Assembly (NCBI GenBank): GCA_964577685.1
Contig: CAZNZT010000006.1
Span: 1-39,319, forward strand
Origin: an uncultured Methanosarcinales archaeon
GTDB taxonomy: Archaea > Nanobdellota > Nanobdellia > Woesearchaeales > JACPBV01
Direction: 5' to 3'
Length of the DNA: 39,319 nt
In this document: one piece after another, positions 35,752 to 39,319 of the stretch
Layout of the letters: each line of letters opens with the position of its first letter
Position numbering within the stretch: position 1 is the stretch's first letter
Translations under genes and position numbers: made by a program
Notes under the pieces: model-generated
Database searches by the model: none
What the model was told of the DNA's origin: nothing
Seen by the model: the letters and a program-made list of their open reading frames with translations, nothing else

Positions 35752-37470
35752 ATGGAAAGATTTATTAAAGAAGTTATAGAAATAATCAAAAAAAGAAAAC
35801 CTAGTAAAGAAAATCTTGCAAAAATAAAGTTAAGGCTCTGCAGAAAATACAAGCTCAAAAAGATTCCAACAGACATAGAACTTCTTTTAAATGCTCCATC
35901 AAAAGAAATCCAAAAGATAAGAAAATACCTAACAACAAAACCAACAAGAACTATATCCGGGGTGGCTGTATGTGCAATAATGACAAAACCAATAAAATGC
36001 CCCCATACAAAAAAAGGAATAGGTCCTTGTATAATGTGTCCTGGTGGACCTGATTCTTATTTTGGTGATGTACCCCAGAGCTATACTGGAAAGGAACCAG
36101 CAACAAGAAGAGCGATAAGGAACAACTATGACCCATACCTACAGGTAATGAACAGGTTAGAGCAATATGTTGTACAAGGACATATACCAGACAAAGTTGA
36201 ACTAATAATAATGGGGGGGACATTCCCATCATTTCAAAAAAGATACAAAGAAGACTTTATAAAATACGCCTTCAAGGCAATGAATGATTTCTCAGAACTA
36301 TTCTTCAATAAAAGAGGGGAGATAGACATAATAAAATTCAAGGAATTCTTTGAACTACCTGGCAATATCTTCGACAAAAATAGAACAAAGAATATTCAAA
36401 AGAAGCTACTCAAAATAAAGAAAAAAAGCAAAAGTGAGCTAGAAGAAGAACAAAAAAGAAATGAGAAATCTAATATAAGATGTGTCTCTTTATTAATTGA
36501 AACAAGACCGGATTACGCAACACTCAAGCATGCAAATGAAATGCTAGAGTTGGGCTGTACAAAGGTTGAGATAGGCGTACAAACAATCTATGACAACATA
36601 CTAAAGAAGATTAGAAGAGGGCACACAACAGAAGACTCAATAAGAGCAACTCAGATTTTAAAGGACCTTGGCTTTAAAGTTGGATACCATTGGATGGTTG
36701 GTTTGCCGGGCATGAGAAAAAAAGAAGAAATCATCGCCTTCGCTATTCTTTTTTCTAGTGAATACTTCAGACCTGATATGCTCAAGATATATCCTTGTAT
36801 GGTCCTAAAAGGAACAAAATTATACAAAGAATGGAAAAGAAAGAGATACAAACCAATAACAACAAAGGAGGCAATAAAACTAATATCTAGACTGAAGAGC
36901 ATGGTCCCGGAATATGTAAGAATCACAAGGGTACAGAGAGACATACCAACCTACACCAGAGAAGCAGGAGTTGACAAAACAAATCTGAGGCAGTATATTC
37001 AAGAATATATGAAAAAAAACAATATGAAATGTAGGTGTATTAGGTGTAGAGAGGCTGGCCATATTTTAAGGAAAAAAAAGATAAAACCAAGAATCCAAAT
37101 AGTAACAAGGCACTATCTTGCCTCTGGAGGAAATGAATTCTTTATCTCAGCAGAAGACCTAAGAAATGATATACTATTTGGCTATTGTAGGTTAAGATTC
37201 CCTTATAAATTCTTAAGGAAAGAAATAAATGAAGACTCTGCAATAATAAGGGAACTTCATATCTATTCGCCAATAGTTCAGATAGGAAAAAAATCAGAAA
37301 GCTCGTATCAGCATAGAGGAATTGGAAAAAAACTTCTGAAAGTAGCAGAGCAAACAGCAAAAAGATATTACAAGAAAAAGCTTGTAGTAATAGCAGGGAT
37401 TGGTGCAAGGGAATATTTCAGAAAGCTAGGTTATAAAAAAGAAGGACCATACATGAGCAAAAGATTATAA
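35752..37470 (+). CDS. elp3: tRNA U34 carboxymethyltransferase Elp3 (radical SAM plus KAT)
   Basis: KPTRTISGVA, CPH...CIMCPGG, QSYTGKEPA, MGGTF, ETRPD, KIYP, RVQRDIP, CRCIRCRE, RELH, QHRGIGK. Confidence 0.96.
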   Translation: MERFIKEVIEIIKKRKPSKENLAKIKLRLCRKYKLKKIPTDIELLLNAPSKEIQKIRKYLTTKPTRTISGVAVCAIMTKPIKCPHTKKGIGPCIMCPGGPDSYFGDVPQSYTGKEPATRRAIRNNYDPYLQVMNRLEQYVVQGHIPDKVELIIMGGTFPSFQKRYKEDFIKYAFKAMNDFSELFFNKRGEIDIIKFKEFFELPGNIFDKNRTKNIQKKLLKIKKKSKSELEEEQKRNEKSNIRCVSLLIETRPDYATLKHANEMLELGCTKVEIGVQTIYDNILKKIRRGHTTEDSIRATQILKDLGFKVGYHWMVGLPGMRKKEEIIAFAILFSSEYFRPDMLKIYPCMVLKGTKLYKEWKRKRYKPITTKEAIKLISRLKSMVPEYVRITRVQRDIPTYTREAGVDKTNLRQYIQEYMKKNNMKCRCIRCREAGHILRKKKIKPRIQIVTRHYLASGGNEFFISAEDLRNDILFGYCRLRFPYKFLRKEINEDSAIIRELHIYSPIVQIGKKSESSYQHRGIGKKLLKVAEQTAKRYYKKKLVVIAGIGAREYFRKLGYKKEGPYMSKRL

Positions 37471-37569
37471 GCTTTTTCTTTTCCCATTAAATCACAAACC
37501 ATACACAAATCCAAAAAGCTGAGAACAAAAAAGAATAATTTATATTCCAGAAGATTTACCAAATCAGAT

Positions 37570-38499
37570 ATGCAAATAGAATTCAAGCAAAAATTCATTG
37601 AACGCTATAAAAAAATAACAGACTTTGAGCTATTCAAGGAATATTCATTAAGATGGCTAAGGAGAAGCATAAGGATAAATACATTAAAGATAAATATAGA
37701 AAGATGCAAAGATAGGCTAAAAGAAAAGGGATGGAACCTAACACAAATACCATGGTGTAAAGAGGGCTTTTGGATTAAGCATGGAGAAGGAAGAAGGGAC
37801 ATAGGAAACACAATAGAACATTCACTAGGCTATATATATGTGCAAGAATCAGCATCAATGATTCCCCCCATCATATTAAACCCCAAACCTGGAGAACTTA
37901 TCCTTGATATGTGTGCAGCCCCTGGCTCAAAAGCAACCCAGATAGCCCAATATATGCAGAATAAAGGAATCATAATAGCCAATGACTATAAATACATAAG
38001 GCTACAACCACTAAGTGTTAATATACAAAGAACGGGAATTAGCAATACAATCATAACACTGATGGAAGGCAGATTCTTTAAGAACTGTAACATAAGATTT
38101 GACAAGATCTTAGTAGATGCCCCTTGCTCTGGTACAGGAACTATAAGGAAATCATTAAAAACATTAAAGATATGGAATCCAAATATGGTTAGAAGACTAG
38201 CTGCCCAGCAAAGACAACTAATTGACACTGCTTTCTCAATATTAAAAAAGGGTGGTATCCTAGTATATTCAACCTGTACTCTTGAACCAGAAGAAAATGA
38301 AGGCATAATAGATTTCTTATTGAAAAAATATGAAAATGCAAAACTAAAAGAGATAAAAATAGAGGGATTAAAGAAAAGCAAACCCATATTAGAATTTGAA
38401 AACAACAGATATAATAAAGAAATAAAAAAATGTTTGAGAATATGGCCTCAAGATAATGACACAGAAGGCTTCTTTGTTGCAAAAATACAAAAAACTTAA
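37570..38499 (+). CDS. RsmB/NOP2/Trm4-family RNA m5C methyltransferase
   Basis: YVQESAS, LDMCAAPGSK, DAPCSGTG, YSTCT..PEENE, EGFFVA. Confidence 0.95.
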   Translation: MQIEFKQKFIERYKKITDFELFKEYSLRWLRRSIRINTLKINIERCKDRLKEKGWNLTQIPWCKEGFWIKHGEGRRDIGNTIEHSLGYIYVQESASMIPPIILNPKPGELILDMCAAPGSKATQIAQYMQNKGIIIANDYKYIRLQPLSVNIQRTGISNTIITLMEGRFFKNCNIRFDKILVDAPCSGTGTIRKSLKTLKIWNPNMVRRLAAQQRQLIDTAFSILKKGGILVYSTCTLEPEENEGIIDFLLKKYENAKLKEIKIEGLKKSKPILEFENNRYNKEIKKCLRIWPQDNDTEGFFVAKIQKT

Positions 38500-39053
38500 G
38501 CGAACCTTTTCTTTGTTTTATGCACACCAAAAGCAAGAATTCCACCTAAGGTAGTAGTATAGAATTGGAAAACACCCATTGTTGTCAGAAAAAGCACAGG
38601 TATTACACCCATACTAACAAAAATATAGGCAATCAAAAATAAGAACATAGCCTTACTTAATCCTCCAATCAACAATGTAATGAAATAATTAACCTTCTTA
38701 TCCAAACTTAACCATTTGAACATAAATACCAATATAGAATTTCCAATCCAAATAAAAGGAACCATATAAACCAAAAAAACAGTAAATGGCCCAAACAAAA
38801 TCCCCCGAGATAAGGCTCCTAAAGATGGAGCAACTATGACAGGTAATAATTTATATCCCCTAATATTCAACGCAGATGTTATGAGCAAAGCATTAACAAG
38901 AGTCCCAACAACAATCTGAGGATGTCCTATCATCAGAGGCAAAAAGAATGCTACAACACAGTATAAAATCATCTCAAACAATTCCTGCCTATACTCCAAA
39001 CTGTAATCCTGTTTATTTATTAACCTAACAAAATATTCCATATAATTATACAA
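38496..39053 (-). CDS. Integral membrane protein, ECF S-component-like
   Basis: About 6 hydrophobic segments; Q.VVGTLVNALL, PFIWIGN, Q..T...GG pattern. Start uncertain. Confidence 0.6.
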   Translation of the reverse strand: MYNYMEYFVRLINKQDYSLEYRQELFEMILYCVVAFFLPLMIGHPQIVVGTLVNALLITSALNIRGYKLLPVIVAPSLGALSRGILFGPFTVFLVYMVPFIWIGNSILVFMFKWLSLDKKVNYFITLLIGGLSKAMFLFLIAYIFVSMGVIPVLFLTTMGVFQFYTTTLGGILAFGVHKTKKRFA

Positions 39054-39204
39054 TAAGTTTCTTATTTAAATAATTTTTGTATTGATATGATATGTTTACA
39101 CCATCAGCAACAAACAGCTACAAACACAAATCGAAATTATTTTAAATGAATAGAACCAAAAGGTTATTTAACCATAAATAGATTTACAAAAAAGGGGTGA
39201 CTAA

Positions 39205-39319
39205 ATGCAGGATAGGTCTGCAAAAAAAATAAAATTACTGAATGTCCTCAGAGAGATTCAAAAAAAGCACAACTATCTGCCAGAAGAGGAGATAAGAAAA
39301 CTTTCTGAAAAAACAGGAA
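39205..39319 (+). CDS. NuoE/HydC-like (NADH dehydrogenase E or bifurcating hydrogenase gamma) subunit, truncated by window end
   Basis: GGGGTGA RBS; MQDRSAKKIKLLNVLREIQKKHNYLPEEEIRKLSEKTG matches the L..L..IQ....YLP.E N-terminus. Confidence 0.7.
   Translation, partial: MQDRSAKKIKLLNVLREIQKKHNYLPEEEIRKLSEKTG

Overview
AT-rich archaeal window, most consistent with a DPANN genome (Woesearchaeota/Pacearchaeota-like). The lineage is inferred from GAAA-n-TTTATA promoters, GGTGA ribosome-binding sites, intron-containing tRNAs, Elp3 and the gene families present. (i) 97-454: three tRNAs, each with an intron: Ile(UAU), Glu(UUC) with a non-canonical D-loop intron, and Ser(CGA). (ii) 1.3-31 kb: a large cell-surface locus in two paralogous modules, each starting with related operator boxes and a tandem-HTH regulator. 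It encodes a 5302-aa multidomain surface protein whose last domain is homologous to two ~215-aa pilin-like proteins. It also encodes a family of Ig-like membrane-anchored proteins and an 85-aa membrane protein carrying two copies of the pilin N-terminal strand motif, and many products share an ITGx(A/V) motif. I propose this is an undescribed strand-complementation pilus/fibre system tipped by a giant adhesin. The giant protein has nested insertions, including a 146-aa Cys...His-Asn|Ser segment with intein-like ends but no recognisable Hint sequence. The locus is interrupted by an inverted-repeat-flanked cassette (frameshifted Zn-ribbon GNAT, RHH regulator, N4-C-type methylase, PD-(D/E)xK nuclease) and by cysD-cysN, which lie between the two pilin copies. 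(iii) 31-39.3 kb: atypical Ser/Thr kinase, tandem NDK-like protein, TtuA/TtcA-family thiolase, AbrB-like regulator plus CaCA antiporter, Elp3, RsmB/NOP2 methyltransferase, a membrane protein and the start of a NuoE-like gene. All calls are from reading motifs by eye; no searches were run.
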